Shown here piece after piece: positions 28,841 through 39,479 of a stretch of DNA of 64,000 nt (its first letter is position 1; the number at the start of each line of letters is the position of its first letter). Below the pieces are notes generated by a model. The model was not told the DNA's origin and did no database searches. It worked only from the letters and a program-made list of their open reading frames with translations. Source of the DNA: a virus. Its lineage: Duplodnaviria > Heunggongvirae > Uroviricota > Caudoviricetes. Location of the stretch: IMG/VR virus record IMGVR_UViG_644736364_000008. One strand, written 5' to 3'. Position numbers and translations under genes: made by a program.

Positions 28841-29414
28841 CATCCGGCGCTGTGCTGGTATTTGTTGCCGTCACCGCGTCAATGTAATCCAGCACAGCGT
28901 TAAGCCGGGTTGTTTCTGCCTGCATCAGCTTCCGTCCGGCCTGTAATTTCAGCTGAATCAGACCGATGGAAGCCATTGCAGCATCAATCAGTGACTGACG
29001 CTGTGCTTCTGCCGCGTCTACTGCGGCGCTATGCTGTGCCTCAGTATCGGTCACCCATTTCTCACCATCCCATTTATCGTATGGCGTTAATGGGGCAATA
29101 GTGGTTGTATTTTCGGGGTAATCACCCGGTGCTGTGATTTGTTTTGATTCTCCCGTTTCGGTGTTATAGACGATTTCACCGCGATGGTCTGGCACATATT
29201 CCCATGAATTTAAATTCACAGAACGACAGATAGCATAACCCGCCTTATGTATACCTGGTGCATCCAGACAGGAATATGCCGGGATACCAACACCAACGGC
29301 AAGATATTCACTTGAAGTGGAAATATATTCCCGAGTTTCACCATCATAGTTATAAACGGTAATATCCCCTGCCTTTGTAGCAACAAGTCCACTATTTAAT
29401 ATTGCTTTATCCAT
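28812..29414 (-). CDS. Tail fibre assembly protein (U-like)
   Basis: 200 aa immediately downstream of the tail fibre gene. Confidence 0.7.
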   Translation of the reverse strand: MDKAILNSGLVATKAGDITVYNYDGETREYISTSSEYLAVGVGIPAYSCLDAPGIHKAGYAICRSVNLNSWEYVPDHRGEIVYNTETGESKQITAPGDYPENTTTIAPLTPYDKWDGEKWVTDTEAQHSAAVDAAEAQRQSLIDAAMASIGLIQLKLQAGRKLMQAETTRLNAVLDYIDAVTATNTSTAPDVIWPELPEA

Positions 29415-30157
29415 TATGCTGCTCTCACGATATAGTTAAATGCAATGTTGCGTGGACGGGTATCGACGGGGTTAACGGCCACTGTACCCGACACGGACTG
29501 GTCATTACCGTTGCTAACGGTAATGTTACTACTGGTTGATCCAATCCCTACTGAATCGGTAAATTTAGCACCTGAGCCGCTCAAAGTTCCCGAGATGATA
29601 GCTAGCTCCACATAAAAAGTACCTACAGTTGGCTCTTGTGTTGACAGCACCGCACGCCTTGAATCAACGCCGCGCCCATCATCCCAGCCACGAATAAACT
29701 CACCACGTAAATCAGGCAATTTATTTGTCGGATAAGCCTTTGCCAGTTCCGGGTATTCTTCAGCAGAAAAAGCCGCACCGTTGCATTTCAGCCAGCCTGT
29801 TGGCGGTGTGGCTGAAGGCCATGGAACAGGCACACCAACAGGTAATGCAGAGCCTTCTCCCAAACCAAGGTTTTCGAGAGCCGTTTTCACCGTGCCGTCC
29901 GATTTGATATCGCTAAACGGATTCTTGCGGCTTAACAGCAGCGCACGAAGCGCGGTAAGCAGCTGGTCGTGCCGCGCCTTCTCCAGACTGGCACCGGATG
30001 CCTCCACCACGCTGCAGAGTTCTTCCTGCAACATGTCAAAGTAGTCATCATCCAGATCGGTGGCAGGCGTGCCTGTCTGGGGGTTACCACGGGTAAAACC
30101 GTTCTTACCCGCGCCGAACTTATCCTTCTGCGCGGTTTTCGTGTCTATACGATGCAT
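29414..30157 (-). CDS. Tail fibre protein (constant N-terminus plus currently expressed variable domain with tail-collar motif)
   Basis: 247 aa; [22 protein letters not shown]...[17 protein letters not shown] tail-collar signature; crossover site inside the gene. Confidence 0.8.
   Translation of the reverse strand: MHRIDTKTAQKDKFGAGKNGFTRGNPQTGTPATDLDDDYFDMLQEELCSVVEASGASLEKARHDQLLTALRALLLSRKNPFSDIKSDGTVKTALENLGLGEGSALPVGVPVPWPSATPPTGWLKCNGAAFSAEEYPELAKAYPTNKLPDLRGEFIRGWDDGRGVDSRRAVLSTQEPTVGTFYVELAIISGTLSGSGAKFTDSVGIGSTSSNITVSNGNDQSVSGTVAVNPVDTRPRNIAFNYIVRAA
29853..29880. repeat. Inversion crossover site (gix/hix-like) inside the tail fibre gene
   Basis: ccttctcccaaaccaaggttttcgagag; core aaaccaaggtttt matches the hix/gix core and is inverted relative to 27930-27957. 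Confidence 0.6.
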
Positions 30158-30160
30158 GGA

Positions 30161-30745
30161 TTACTCCGGATATTTAAAAATTACGTAGGTATGCGAAGGG
30201 CAGAGTTTGTTAAGCACACATTCGACGACGGTGTCGCCCCAGATACGCAGCGCGGAATCACAGGGATCGCCACATGTCATCCAGGTGCTGTTGGTGGCGG
30301 CTGGCATGTTGACCTGCCAGTAATACCGCCATTCCGGCGCATTCACCGCGTCAGTACAGGCCGATGAGCAGGTGAACGTGCTTTTGTCGTATCGCGTGAT
30401 GGTGGCGTCTGGTCTGCCCAGGGCAGCAAGCTGTGCAAGGTAAAAATCCTCATTGATGCCGCCCGCCAGGTTAACCTTCGCATCCAGTCGTTGCTGACGC
30501 TGGCGAAGGGTCTGTGTTCCTGCGGGAATACATTCATCCGGCAGGCCGCACAGACGCTCCCAGCGATTTATCAGTTCGGTGGTGGTGCGCGGATCCAGCT
30601 CCCGCATCAGGGCATCCGCACGCTGATGAACGCGGGTTAATGACTGTGCCGCACCGGCAATCGCCGGATCGCTGGCTGACCACGCCGGACCGGGCGGCAG
30701 CAGTGCCGACAACAGACGGATGTAATCATCGTTTGTCACGCCCAT
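30161..30745 (-). CDS. Mu gp48-like baseplate / tail-fibre attachment protein
   Basis: 194 aa between baseplate J-like gene and tail fibre; Mu-like order. Confidence 0.55.
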   Translation of the reverse strand: MGVTNDDYIRLLSALLPPGPAWSASDPAIAGAAQSLTRVHQRADALMRELDPRTTTELINRWERLCGLPDECIPAGTQTLRQRQQRLDAKVNLAGGINEDFYLAQLAALGRPDATITRYDKSTFTCSSACTDAVNAPEWRYYWQVNMPAATNSTWMTCGDPCDSALRIWGDTVVECVLNKLCPSHTYVIFKYPE

Positions 30746-31794
30746 GAAATCGTCCCCAGAACCGCCAGTTCATTTTTTGCAATGGAGATATTTTCCGCCG
30801 GTGCAAGCAATTGATGGCTGTATTCCCCGTTCGCACCGGAAATCGCTTCACTGATACGCGACACCTTCAGTTCTCCCTGCGGATAACCATCACGCAGCAG
30901 GAACGAACGCAACTCCGCGGTGATGGCAGCCCGTATTTCCGGTGTATCCGGCGTCACACGGATATGAAAATCCACCGTATGCGCCACCGGCCTGAACACA
31001 TACAAATCAGAGCCTGCCACCGGGGCCAGTGGCCCGATATGTTGTCTTGCCGCCGTTTCCGTTGATTCTTCCGGAATGGGATTAATCAGGTCACTGCTGG
31101 CAATCATCACACCGACAGTCCCCGTTCCCATCCAGTGACGGTATGCCCATGCGCGGGTAATGCCGGGCAATTCTTTAGCCCAGACAACATAGTCCCCGTC
31201 AGCCCCGCCCTGAGGCGTCCAGTAATACCGCTCAATGACGCGGGCGCGCCACGTTTCCAGCTCTTCAGTATCAAATCCACCTGTCAGAGTGTCTGCCACG
31301 CCGGAAGACGGCAGACCATTAACCGGCGTGACCAGGATTAATGACGTACCGTCGTCAGCGTTACCGACCGCGCCTGCACTTGAGCAGGCGATCGGCACGC
31401 GCAGGACACCACCGGCGCTGGTTGCATCGGCAGTTGCCGTGTACTGAATCAGGTCATCGCGCTGAATAACACTCCCGGCGGTCACCTTCAGGCCATCGCT
31501 GACGCCTTCCCAGCGCATATACCCGCTGGCAGTCGTGGCCCCCTTGCGCGGACACCGTTTCATCGCAGCATGTCGCGCCAGCCAGGACTCATCGCACAGG
31601 TCAGGCAGCATGTTCATTGCCAGATAATCGATGTACCCGTAAACCGTATGCAGCGCCGCCGCATACACCTTTGCCCGCACGTCTTCATCCATGCGCCGGA
31701 GCGTGTCGCTGACGTCCAGCCTGGCGAATAAATCGTTACGGAGCATACTGATATTTTCTGCCAGCGTCGGGCGCTGAAATTCACTGTCCGCCAT
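30736..31794 (-). CDS. Baseplate J-like protein (Mu gp47-like)
   Basis: 352 aa; position and size in a Mu-type baseplate operon. Confidence 0.75.
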   Translation of the reverse strand: MADSEFQRPTLAENISMLRNDLFARLDVSDTLRRMDEDVRAKVYAAALHTVYGYIDYLAMNMLPDLCDESWLARHAAMKRCPRKGATTASGYMRWEGVSDGLKVTAGSVIQRDDLIQYTATADATSAGGVLRVPIACSSAGAVGNADDGTSLILVTPVNGLPSSGVADTLTGGFDTEELETWRARVIERYYWTPQGGADGDYVVWAKELPGITRAWAYRHWMGTGTVGVMIASSDLINPIPEESTETAARQHIGPLAPVAGSDLYVFRPVAHTVDFHIRVTPDTPEIRAAITAELRSFLLRDGYPQGELKVSRISEAISGANGEYSHQLLAPAENISIAKNELAVLGTISWA

Positions 31795-32209
31795 GCGTTA
31801 TCGCACTCCACAGATCATCTAAAGAAATCATTACCGGTCCGTCACGACGCCAGAGAGTGATACTGTTACCCAGTTCATTAATCCCGGTGCGGAGGATATC
31901 CAGATCAATACGGGACACCACGCCGTCATCAATCATCCATTGCAGGCATTCGCGGATATACCCCCTTACCGTCTGCACCAGCTGATTGGTCAGTTTGCTG
32001 CGCTGAAGCAGCCACAGTCGGGAGCCGTAACGGTCATTCTGTACCGCAGGCCAGGTATCCCCCCACCATCCCATCGGGACGTCGGCGTTGTCATCAGGCT
32101 CCGCCCGCCGCCAGGTAAACAGGGAAATCACCACGGCGCGGGTCAGCGGATCCAGCGGTGCGCTGGCGCAGGTGCGTTTACCGTTCACCGTCAGCCACAG
32201 TTCCATCAT
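31781..32209 (-). CDS. Baseplate wedge protein (Mu gp46 / GPW-gp25-like)
   Basis: 142 aa; synteny. Confidence 0.6.
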   Translation of the reverse strand: MMELWLTVNGKRTCASAPLDPLTRAVVISLFTWRRAEPDDNADVPMGWWGDTWPAVQNDRYGSRLWLLQRSKLTNQLVQTVRGYIRECLQWMIDDGVVSRIDLDILRTGINELGNSITLWRRDGPVMISLDDLWSAITHGGQ

Positions 32210-32754
32210 GCCTCCATCGCTTTATCAGGTTTGTCGGTGTTACTGCCCTGACCGTTCTCTCTGTGACGATGCCCGTTATAGGCAAGCCGCATCGCTGACA
32301 TGGTGGTGCCGCTGGAGTCGCACAGGTCTTTCACCTGTCCTGTCACTTCCAGGTCCATTTCAAAACGTGCTTCAGGTGCATTGCGAAACGTGATCGTTTT
32401 ACCTGCACCGTCCACCACGATCCCCTCCCGGGTCAGCGTCACAGACTGCCCCTGATCGTCATAGACCGCCACCTCACCCGTCTGCAGCCCTTTCAGGCGG
32501 TAGCGCCGGTCCGACACCGTAACAACCACCGCATGAGAACGGTCACCATCCGGAAACAACACCACCGCTTCCGCACCGCTGTTTGCCCTTGCGGTAAAAC
32601 CGTAGGGTTCAAGATGTTCAACCCCGGCTTTGGGTTCACCGGCAATCAGGGACACATCCACGGTCTGACATTTCGTGGCGGCACTGATGCTTTTCACCAC
32701 TGCCCGCCCAATCAGGCCGAGGAGTTGTCGCTGCATGGCTTCAATCGTACTCAT
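32206..32754 (-). CDS. Baseplate spike/assembly protein (Mu gp45-like)
   Basis: 182 aa; synteny. Confidence 0.6.
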   Translation of the reverse strand: MSTIEAMQRQLLGLIGRAVVKSISAATKCQTVDVSLIAGEPKAGVEHLEPYGFTARANSGAEAVVLFPDGDRSHAVVVTVSDRRYRLKGLQTGEVAVYDDQGQSVTLTREGIVVDGAGKTITFRNAPEARFEMDLEVTGQVKDLCDSSGTTMSAMRLAYNGHRHRENGQGSNTDKPDKAMEA

Positions 32755-33833
32755 CAGAACGGGTCCTCCTGTACTCTGGCTTTTTTCTTTTTCCGCGCGC
32801 CGGGGGCTTCGGGTTCAGGCAGATAAGCATCAGGTGGGCCGACACGGATTTCCGTCAGGGTGCCGTTCTGGTCCTGAGTAAACGTGACTTCCGAGACAAG
32901 CAGTTCGGTATTGTCGAAACCACAGACCGGATCGAAGACAATCACCCGCTGGTTGGGCTGCCACAGCGTACCGTTACCCTGTCGCCAGCCCTGCACCACA
33001 TAGGTGGTTTCATCCGTCCGCGCCGCCCGTTGTCGGGCTTCAAAGTCAGCACGCGCAATACAGCCTGCCCCCGTAGCCTGCCCTGTCTGCCTGATATACA
33101 TCGGACGGTAACGGGCAATAAATGCGTCCTCTGTGCGGGCCCGCAGCGCGCTGGTGGTGGCCTCACCGAAATCATCGTCGTTTCCAGCACGCTGCCCCGC
33201 CACCTGGTAAACAGAAAACCGCTCCCGGATACTCTTCTCCGTATCGCAGGAAAGGATGTTTTCCCCGAGTACCAGCGCAGTATGTGCCCGCGTTGAGCCA
33301 ATACCGCCAATCACCAGCCTGCCGTGTGGGTCGTCGTAAGCCAGTGCCTGCTGCTGACCGAGTATTTTGTTGATTACCTCAATCACCGTTTCACCGTGAT
33401 CGGGCTGGACGTCAGGAATAACACCCGACGGCGCACCGTTGTTCACCACCTCAATGCCGAAAGGCGCAGCAAGCGCCTGCGCAATCTGTACCAGCGATCG
33501 TCCGTTAAACTGTGTCGGTTCGGCTGCACAGTCAATCAGGTCAGCGGTCAGACTGCGTCCGGCAATACCGGTGCTGACCGAACGGGCATCGTAACGAACG
33601 GGCGTCGCCTCCACCCAGCCGGTGATCACCAGCTCATCACCAATCAGCACCTCCACTTTTGAACCGTTTTTAATGCGCGGCTGAAGCGTGGTGATACCCT
33701 CATCACCCGGCCACTGGCGGGTGATCTCCACACTGAAATCCCGCGCCAGCCGTTCAATACCGGCACCGATGCGCACCGATGTCCAGCCATTCCACTCCCG
33801 GCCATTTACCCGTAGCGTGACGTTATCGTTCAT
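32754..33833 (-). CDS. Baseplate hub protein (Mu gp44-like)
   Basis: 359 aa; synteny. Confidence 0.65.
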   Translation of the reverse strand: MNDNVTLRVNGREWNGWTSVRIGAGIERLARDFSVEITRQWPGDEGITTLQPRIKNGSKVEVLIGDELVITGWVEATPVRYDARSVSTGIAGRSLTADLIDCAAEPTQFNGRSLVQIAQALAAPFGIEVVNNGAPSGVIPDVQPDHGETVIEVINKILGQQQALAYDDPHGRLVIGGIGSTRAHTALVLGENILSCDTEKSIRERFSVYQVAGQRAGNDDDFGEATTSALRARTEDAFIARYRPMYIRQTGQATGAGCIARADFEARQRAARTDETTYVVQGWRQGNGTLWQPNQRVIVFDPVCGFDNTELLVSEVTFTQDQNGTLTEIRVGPPDAYLPEPEAPGARKKKKARVQEDPF

Positions 33834-35200
33834 TGCACTGGCACCTTCAGAGGGATCACCGGCACAAAGCCGGGATGCGTAATGGCATTACGCCGGATAA
33901 TGTCCGCGTCACGCGCCGCGTTATCAAACCAGGTCGCCGCCAGCACCAGCGCGGGTAAAACCTCATCCGGTGTGCGCTGAATGATCCGTGCAGACTGTTC
34001 AAGGCGCGTGTTGATATCCGCATTCAGATCTGCTTTCACCCGGCGCAGCGCCAGAAACAGCACATCACTGGTTGTACGGGACAACTCCTTATCAATTGCC
34101 GTATTCAGTGTGTCGCGAATGTCGGTCAGTTCTTCCCACGTTGGCAGGTCAACCGTGTTTTTCACCGCCGGTGCATTGTTCAGTGCCGGATGCGTGACAG
34201 AAGGCCAGCCGGTGCTCTGCGCGGGTGTTGTTGACTGCCCCACTGTGGCATTCTGCATCACCGCGGAAGTTGTGGGCGCAGGCAATCGTGTGACGGCATA
34301 CGCCGCTTCGCTGATTGCGGTCGTACGAAGGGTGCTGGCAACCACGTTACGCTGCTGCGTCGCCGTGGCGGTGGTTTTACTGTCCGTTTTCCAGACGCCG
34401 CGCGGTTGCAGATCGCTGCCGAGGCTGACACCGGAAAGCGTTTTGATCATGGTGACCAGGTCGCTGGCGTTACCATAAAGGCGTTTCCCGGTACGCCACA
34501 TTTTCTGCACCTGCTCAACGAAATTTTTGCCTGACGATGGCGGCGGCAGAAGTACCGAGATATCCCCCTGCAACAGCCTGGCGGCATCCGATACGGCAGA
34601 ATCCACCACTTTCATCGCATCAGAAACATACCCAAGCATTGTGCTGGCATTACCGACGACGTCGTTCTGCACAAAATCTGCCACGCCATCGATACTGAAA
34701 CCACTGAAGCTGTCACTGATGCAGTCATCCAGTGCAGAACAGGATGACATCAGCGTCTGCGCCGTCGCCGCACCTGAAGTGGGGTAAGAGAGTTCTCCCG
34801 CTTCGACAAACTTCAGGTCAAAGCGGACAATACGCCCTTCACTCTTCGATGTGCTGACCCGAACTTCCCCGTCAACACAGACTTTCAGCTCACCGTAAGT
34901 CGGATGGACAAGCGTGCCGGGACCGGGTTTATTCAGCGCGTCAATCAGGCGATCGCGCTGGTCAAAGCAGTCATCTCCCACCACATAAGCTGTGATGGAC
35001 GGGCGGAAAGTGATTTTCCCCAGGTCTTCGGTATAGGGTTTGTCGCGGTTCGGGTATTCGTGCGTTTCCACACGACGACCGGTTCCCGCACTTTCTTCTT
35101 CAACCTTAAACGGCACACCGCGAAATGACGCGTCCTGAAGTCTGTCTTTCCACGTCATATAAACTCCGTACATAAAAAATCCCACCGGAGTGGGACTCAT
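33830..35200 (-). CDS. Mu gp43-like tail protein (DNA circularisation protein N family)
   Basis: 456 aa directly downstream of tape measure. Confidence 0.65.
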   Translation of the reverse strand: MSPTPVGFFMYGVYMTWKDRLQDASFRGVPFKVEEESAGTGRRVETHEYPNRDKPYTEDLGKITFRPSITAYVVGDDCFDQRDRLIDALNKPGPGTLVHPTYGELKVCVDGEVRVSTSKSEGRIVRFDLKFVEAGELSYPTSGAATAQTLMSSCSALDDCISDSFSGFSIDGVADFVQNDVVGNASTMLGYVSDAMKVVDSAVSDAARLLQGDISVLLPPPSSGKNFVEQVQKMWRTGKRLYGNASDLVTMIKTLSGVSLGSDLQPRGVWKTDSKTTATATQQRNVVASTLRTTAISEAAYAVTRLPAPTTSAVMQNATVGQSTTPAQSTGWPSVTHPALNNAPAVKNTVDLPTWEELTDIRDTLNTAIDKELSRTTSDVLFLALRRVKADLNADINTRLEQSARIIQRTPDEVLPALVLAATWFDNAARDADIIRRNAITHPGFVPVIPLKVPVQ

Positions 35201-35218
35201 TAACAGATTAATTTTTCA

Positions 35219-37054
35219 TTACCTGCCAAAGCGCGTATAGCCAACATCATGGCTGACATCAAAACCGCTGGATCGCGTTTCCATAACCCGCATACCCGGA
35301 GGTGAATTCACAAAAGAGACCTTGATCTCACCATCAACTTTTGGCGCAGAAGCTTTGTTAATCATGAAGGGATTCGGGCCTGTGGCACCGGAGGCGTTGT
35401 TTGACTGAGCCGGATCCACCGCCTGATAAGGTGTGTATCCCCGTGCCGGTATTCCCGTCCCATAAGCATCATAAGCACCCGCGCCCCACTGCGCAGAGTT
35501 AATGGCATCGACCGTGTCACCGGAACTGTCGGTAAACCACTCAATAATTGGCTTCAGCTTGTCCCACATATCCTGAAACCACTTAACAACCGGTCCCCAG
35601 TTATTGATTACCATCCCCAGCGGCGACCAGGCAAAAACCTTCTTCAGAAGTTCCCGGCCAGCCTCAAAATAAGGACCAATGGTTTCCCAGAGCTTCTTGA
35701 AATAAGGTCCGACAACATCCCAGTTAGTGATAATTAATCCCGCAGCCAGGGCTATCGCCGTCGCAATCATGCCAATCGGCGTCATCGACATGATCCTGCT
35801 GACAATACTGATGGCACCGCCAACGCCCATCAATCCCAGTTTCAGAATCGCAAGACCGGCAGCAAGCCCGACGACGCCGCGAATAACCCGGGGATTTTCA
35901 TCCGCAAACTTCGTGAATTTCTCCCCCAACTCCCCCAGCCATTGCGTGATATTTTTAGCGTCACCAGAAAATGCGCCGCCAATAGCCGCAAGGCCGTTAG
36001 TTGCGGTCCCTGTCATTGCCTCCCACAGGTTGGACAGCGTACCAAGCTGTGCCTGAACACGTTTATTCAGACTGGCCTGTTTATTCATCTTCTGCTGGAT
36101 CTGGTCGTAGCCATCCTTTCCTTTATCGATTAGTGCATTGACCACCTGAAGGGTTTCGGCATCATCACCAAATATTGCCTTAAGTACACCAGTTCGCTTA
36201 ACGTCGGTCAGTTTTCGCAGCTTTGCCAGTTGCCTGAACATGTTATCAAGACCGCCAAAACTCCCTTTGCCGTCAGTAAAATCGAGCTGTACCCCGAGTT
36301 TCTGGCGGGCCATGACTTTATTGACGTCCCTGATTTTCTTAACGCTTAATCCGGACTGGATAACTTTTCGCAGGGCGTTACCTGCCGACTCCCCGTTCAT
36401 CCCCATCTGATCCATCATGACGCTGATGGGGGCAAGGCTCTGTGCAGCCTGAAGACCGTCCTTGTTCACCATCTTCAGAACAGAGCTGGTTTTAGTGAAG
36501 AAGGACAACATGTTGGTATCGTCAACGCCCAGATAAAACGCCTTCTGGATAGTGTCGAACAGCCCCATCATGTCTTCTGACGCCGTTCCGGTAGCATCCT
36601 GCATCTTTGCGGCAAACTCGGCAGCCGCTTCCGGTGTTTTTTTCAGTTGTACCGCAAGATAAGCTGTCGCTTTACCCACACCGCCAAGAATGTTTTCTGC
36701 CGGGATCCCCTGACGCACCAGCATCTGCATCATGTTCTGGAAATCAGCCGTTGTACCGGGTAGCTGGTTACCCAGACCAATAGCCAGTTTATTGATGTCC
36801 TGAAAGCGCTTTCCGACCTCACCGTTCGCATCCATCATGGCAACTTTCAGCCCGGTGGCGGCGTTTTCCTGATCGGCATAAGATTTCAGGGAAAGCGTCA
36901 GACCCGCAGCCAGTCCGCCACCAAGCGCCAGCCCACCCTGTGACGCTTCTTCCGCCTGGCGTTTAAATCCCCGGATTTTCTTTTGCATTTTCGACAGCGC
37001 GGGAGAAAGCCTGTCGACACCGGTGATCAACGCCTTAAGCTCAAATTCAGCCAT
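35219..37054 (-). CDS. Tail tape measure protein
   Basis: 611 aa, Ala/Gly-rich with hydrophobic segments; follows the chaperone pair. Confidence 0.85.
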   Translation of the reverse strand: MAEFELKALITGVDRLSPALSKMQKKIRGFKRQAEEASQGGLALGGGLAAGLTLSLKSYADQENAATGLKVAMMDANGEVGKRFQDINKLAIGLGNQLPGTTADFQNMMQMLVRQGIPAENILGGVGKATAYLAVQLKKTPEAAAEFAAKMQDATGTASEDMMGLFDTIQKAFYLGVDDTNMLSFFTKTSSVLKMVNKDGLQAAQSLAPISVMMDQMGMNGESAGNALRKVIQSGLSVKKIRDVNKVMARQKLGVQLDFTDGKGSFGGLDNMFRQLAKLRKLTDVKRTGVLKAIFGDDAETLQVVNALIDKGKDGYDQIQQKMNKQASLNKRVQAQLGTLSNLWEAMTGTATNGLAAIGGAFSGDAKNITQWLGELGEKFTKFADENPRVIRGVVGLAAGLAILKLGLMGVGGAISIVSRIMSMTPIGMIATAIALAAGLIITNWDVVGPYFKKLWETIGPYFEAGRELLKKVFAWSPLGMVINNWGPVVKWFQDMWDKLKPIIEWFTDSSGDTVDAINSAQWGAGAYDAYGTGIPARGYTPYQAVDPAQSNNASGATGPNPFMINKASAPKVDGEIKVSFVNSPPGMRVMETRSSGFDVSHDVGYTRFGR

Positions 37055-37465
37055 GTGTGCGTTTCTCCTGCTCTATCCTGTTTGCCTGACTGACCAGCAA
37101 GGGAATTTCACTGATCGGCATATTCAGCAATTCGAAGGGATTAATGCGCCAGTAGCTGGCGCAGTCAAAGAAGCGATCAGTGAGGTATTCAGCCGTCAGG
37201 CCTGGAGGAAAAAACCAGCCACAAGCCACGCCGCAGCATTCAGGTCTGCCGGAGACATCTGGTCGACAGAGTTTTGCGGCACTTTCGCCAGCCGCACAAT
37301 GTATTTCGATACCACATGCGCCAGAAGTCTGACGGACTCATCCTGATTCATCTGGTAGGGATACCCCAGCTCGCGGACATCTTTCCCGGTGGGCTCATCA
37401 AACTCCAGTACGGAGAGTGTCTCGCCATGAGCGGTAATCGGTTTCTTTAACTCAAGCTCTTTCAT
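37047..37465 (-). CDS. Tail assembly chaperone, predicted -1 frameshift extended form
   Basis: -1 frame ORF (…WFFPPGLTAEYL…) overlaps the chaperone 3' end and runs to the tape measure start. Confidence 0.5.
37196..37465 (-). CDS. Tail assembly chaperone (short form)
   Basis: 89 aa between tube and tape measure; ends just after a slippery heptamer. Confidence 0.7.
   Translation of the reverse strand: MKELELKKPITAHGETLSVLEFDEPTGKDVRELGYPYQMNQDESVRLLAHVVSKYIVRLAKVPQNSVDQMSPADLNAAAWLVAGFFLQA
37208..37214 (-). promoter_or_regulatory. Slippery heptamer T TTT TTC for programmed -1 frameshift
   Basis: Minus-strand ggt ttt ttc ctc at the end of the chaperone ORF; -1 frame continues for 60 codons. 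Confidence 0.55.
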
Positions 37466-37821
37466 TACTGGTAATCCCCTTCTTCACCGTGGAACTCAAG
37501 ATCAACCGTCCCTTCTTCGGCATTATGGTTCGCTTCGCCGTGCAGCCAGGCAGACGACAGTACATAGACCTGACCGTTCGCCAGCTCGGCAGTGATGGTC
37601 ATCTCATCAGACGAGGTGATTTTGCTCACCGGAAAATTCTTCGGCACCTTGAAGGTCCCTTTAACATAAGGCGCACGGTGAGTTTCCTTGCGGTCCACTG
37701 AACCGTCCAGGCCGATGATGTCATCATTGACCGTCCTGTTCATGGGCACCTCAATGCCGCCGGTCAGCGATAGCTGCTGACCGTCAATTTTGAAATAACA
37801 GGTTCCCCCGATACGGGCCAT
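37465..37821 (-). CDS. Tail tube protein (Mu M-like)
   Basis: 118 aa immediately after sheath. Confidence 0.8.
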   Translation of the reverse strand: MARIGGTCYFKIDGQQLSLTGGIEVPMNRTVNDDIIGLDGSVDRKETHRAPYVKGTFKVPKNFPVSKITSSDEMTITAELANGQVYVLSSAWLHGEANHNAEEGTVDLEFHGEEGDYQ

Positions 37822-39317
37822 TATGCGGACTCCTCTGAATACTGAAGACGGAACTGGTTAACCACGGCAAAGACACGCAACTGGTTAACATAGTCAGGCG
37901 GGAACAGCGTGTTCAGGCGGTTCGGATCGCTGGCATCACGCTCCACAACCAGGTACTGCTTAAAAAGTTCGTAGTTTTCCACGATCCCCGCACGCTCAAG
38001 CTGACGGTAGGTTGCCAGCAGTTCCCCTTTGATCACCGCCGGGGTGACAATCGCCTGACCGGGACCAAAGCGGGTACCGTCGCTGGCAAGCTTGTGACGC
38101 CCGTACTTACTGGTAATGACGGATTTCAGTTTGCGCAGTACATACGCACTGGTATGCAGCGTCTCGCTGTCGAGGTAGCTGTTATCCGCAACCCCGTAAG
38201 CGTTTTTCCTGTACGTGGTGACATCACGCTGAATGCGCAGTACCCCGCTTTCGACATACGCCGTTGCCACGCCATGAGACAGCAGGGTCTTTTGTTCGGT
38301 CATCGTGAACCGTTTCCCCTTCGGCGCAGGCAGCATACCCACCAGCTCACCGGTCTGCGTGGGACGTGCCGGATCGTTGCGGATAAACACCGCTGCGCGG
38401 GCGGTACGGCTTGCCGCCAGCTCGTCGGCAGGCGTCTGGGTGTCTTTTTCGTACCCCGCCAGGGTAATGTGCTGCTGGTTAAACTGGTCACCTGCGGTCA
38501 CCAGTTCTGACAGCGTGCCGGTCTTTGCCGTATACACATGACCATACAGCTGACGCGCATAGCTCCAGCGACCGCTGGTATCGTTCATCTCGGTCACCAG
38601 CGTGTTAACGGAGGCCGTGTCGTTGAACGGCAGGCCGATATAATCAAACGGCTCATCCGCCATTGCAGCCACAGCGCCGGTGAGAACCGGAGCACCCGTT
38701 CCGGCGGTACCCGTCACCACGGCAATCTGTACGCCCGCTGGCAGCACTTCGCCCCCACCAAAGCCGTAGTAATTGAGGCTGACAGGAATTTCATTCCCGC
38801 AAAGCCCCTTATGACGCGCGGTCAGTGTGACCACGCCTGCCGAAGATGAAGCCGTAAACGGCAGGGTCGGAACGGCATTGATGGCATCCTGGATACTGCT
38901 GGCAATCATCGTAACGTTATCGCCGTTAGTCACCGGTACCTGCACGCGGGTACGTCCCACATACACATTCACCGTGCCGGTTTCGGTTGCCGCCCCGGTC
39001 ACCGTCAGCGTAACCGTTGCCGCCGCGCCTGTGGATTCAGGAACGGCAATCACATACAGCTCGCCAAACGGGTCAGTCTGGCGATAAGCCTCGACCATAC
39101 GCGCCAGCTGACTTCCCGCACCACAAATCTGGCGTGCATAGTCTGCCGACGGCATCAGTACCAGACTGTTGGCAACAATCTCTGCACCGTTATTGGCATG
39201 ACCAATCAGCAGCGATGCTCCGCTGTCCTGTGCAGTATTCGCAGCCTGGTTATCCATTTCCGCATAAAACAGCGGAACCAGCGTATTCGACGGAATGGTG
39301 TTAAAGCTTATCGTCAT
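37821..39317 (-). CDS. Contractile tail sheath protein (Mu L-like)
   Basis: 498 aa; position and size. Confidence 0.85.
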   Translation of the reverse strand: MTISFNTIPSNTLVPLFYAEMDNQAANTAQDSGASLLIGHANNGAEIVANSLVLMPSADYARQICGAGSQLARMVEAYRQTDPFGELYVIAVPESTGAAATVTLTVTGAATETGTVNVYVGRTRVQVPVTNGDNVTMIASSIQDAINAVPTLPFTASSSAGVVTLTARHKGLCGNEIPVSLNYYGFGGGEVLPAGVQIAVVTGTAGTGAPVLTGAVAAMADEPFDYIGLPFNDTASVNTLVTEMNDTSGRWSYARQLYGHVYTAKTGTLSELVTAGDQFNQQHITLAGYEKDTQTPADELAASRTARAAVFIRNDPARPTQTGELVGMLPAPKGKRFTMTEQKTLLSHGVATAYVESGVLRIQRDVTTYRKNAYGVADNSYLDSETLHTSAYVLRKLKSVITSKYGRHKLASDGTRFGPGQAIVTPAVIKGELLATYRQLERAGIVENYELFKQYLVVERDASDPNRLNTLFPPDYVNQLRVFAVVNQFRLQYSEESA

Positions 39318-39479
39318 CGGTGTTCACCTTTTTATTCACGCGCCGGATATCACCCGCTGCTTCACGGCGCAGCCAGTAGTTGTTCTCATCAACATTTCGC
39401 CCTTCGGCGGGCAAAAGGTCGCCGCGGGCAGGGTCAGGCACTGACCGCCCTTTAACAGGTTTCACAAACATGATGATCC

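Larger units (their letters stand above)
27930..29880. other. Invertible tail-fibre host-range segment (Mu G-segment / e14 P-region type)
   Basis: Two inverted crossover sites flank convergent fibre-tip and tail-fibre-assembly gene pairs; invertase remnant adjacent. Confidence 0.6.

Noticed and set aside
33981-35128. Plus-strand ORFs inside the Mu gp43-like gene (33981-34478, 34527-34787, 34904-35128)
   Set aside because: Antisense to a long minus-strand structural ORF that fits the tail operon; no independent support.
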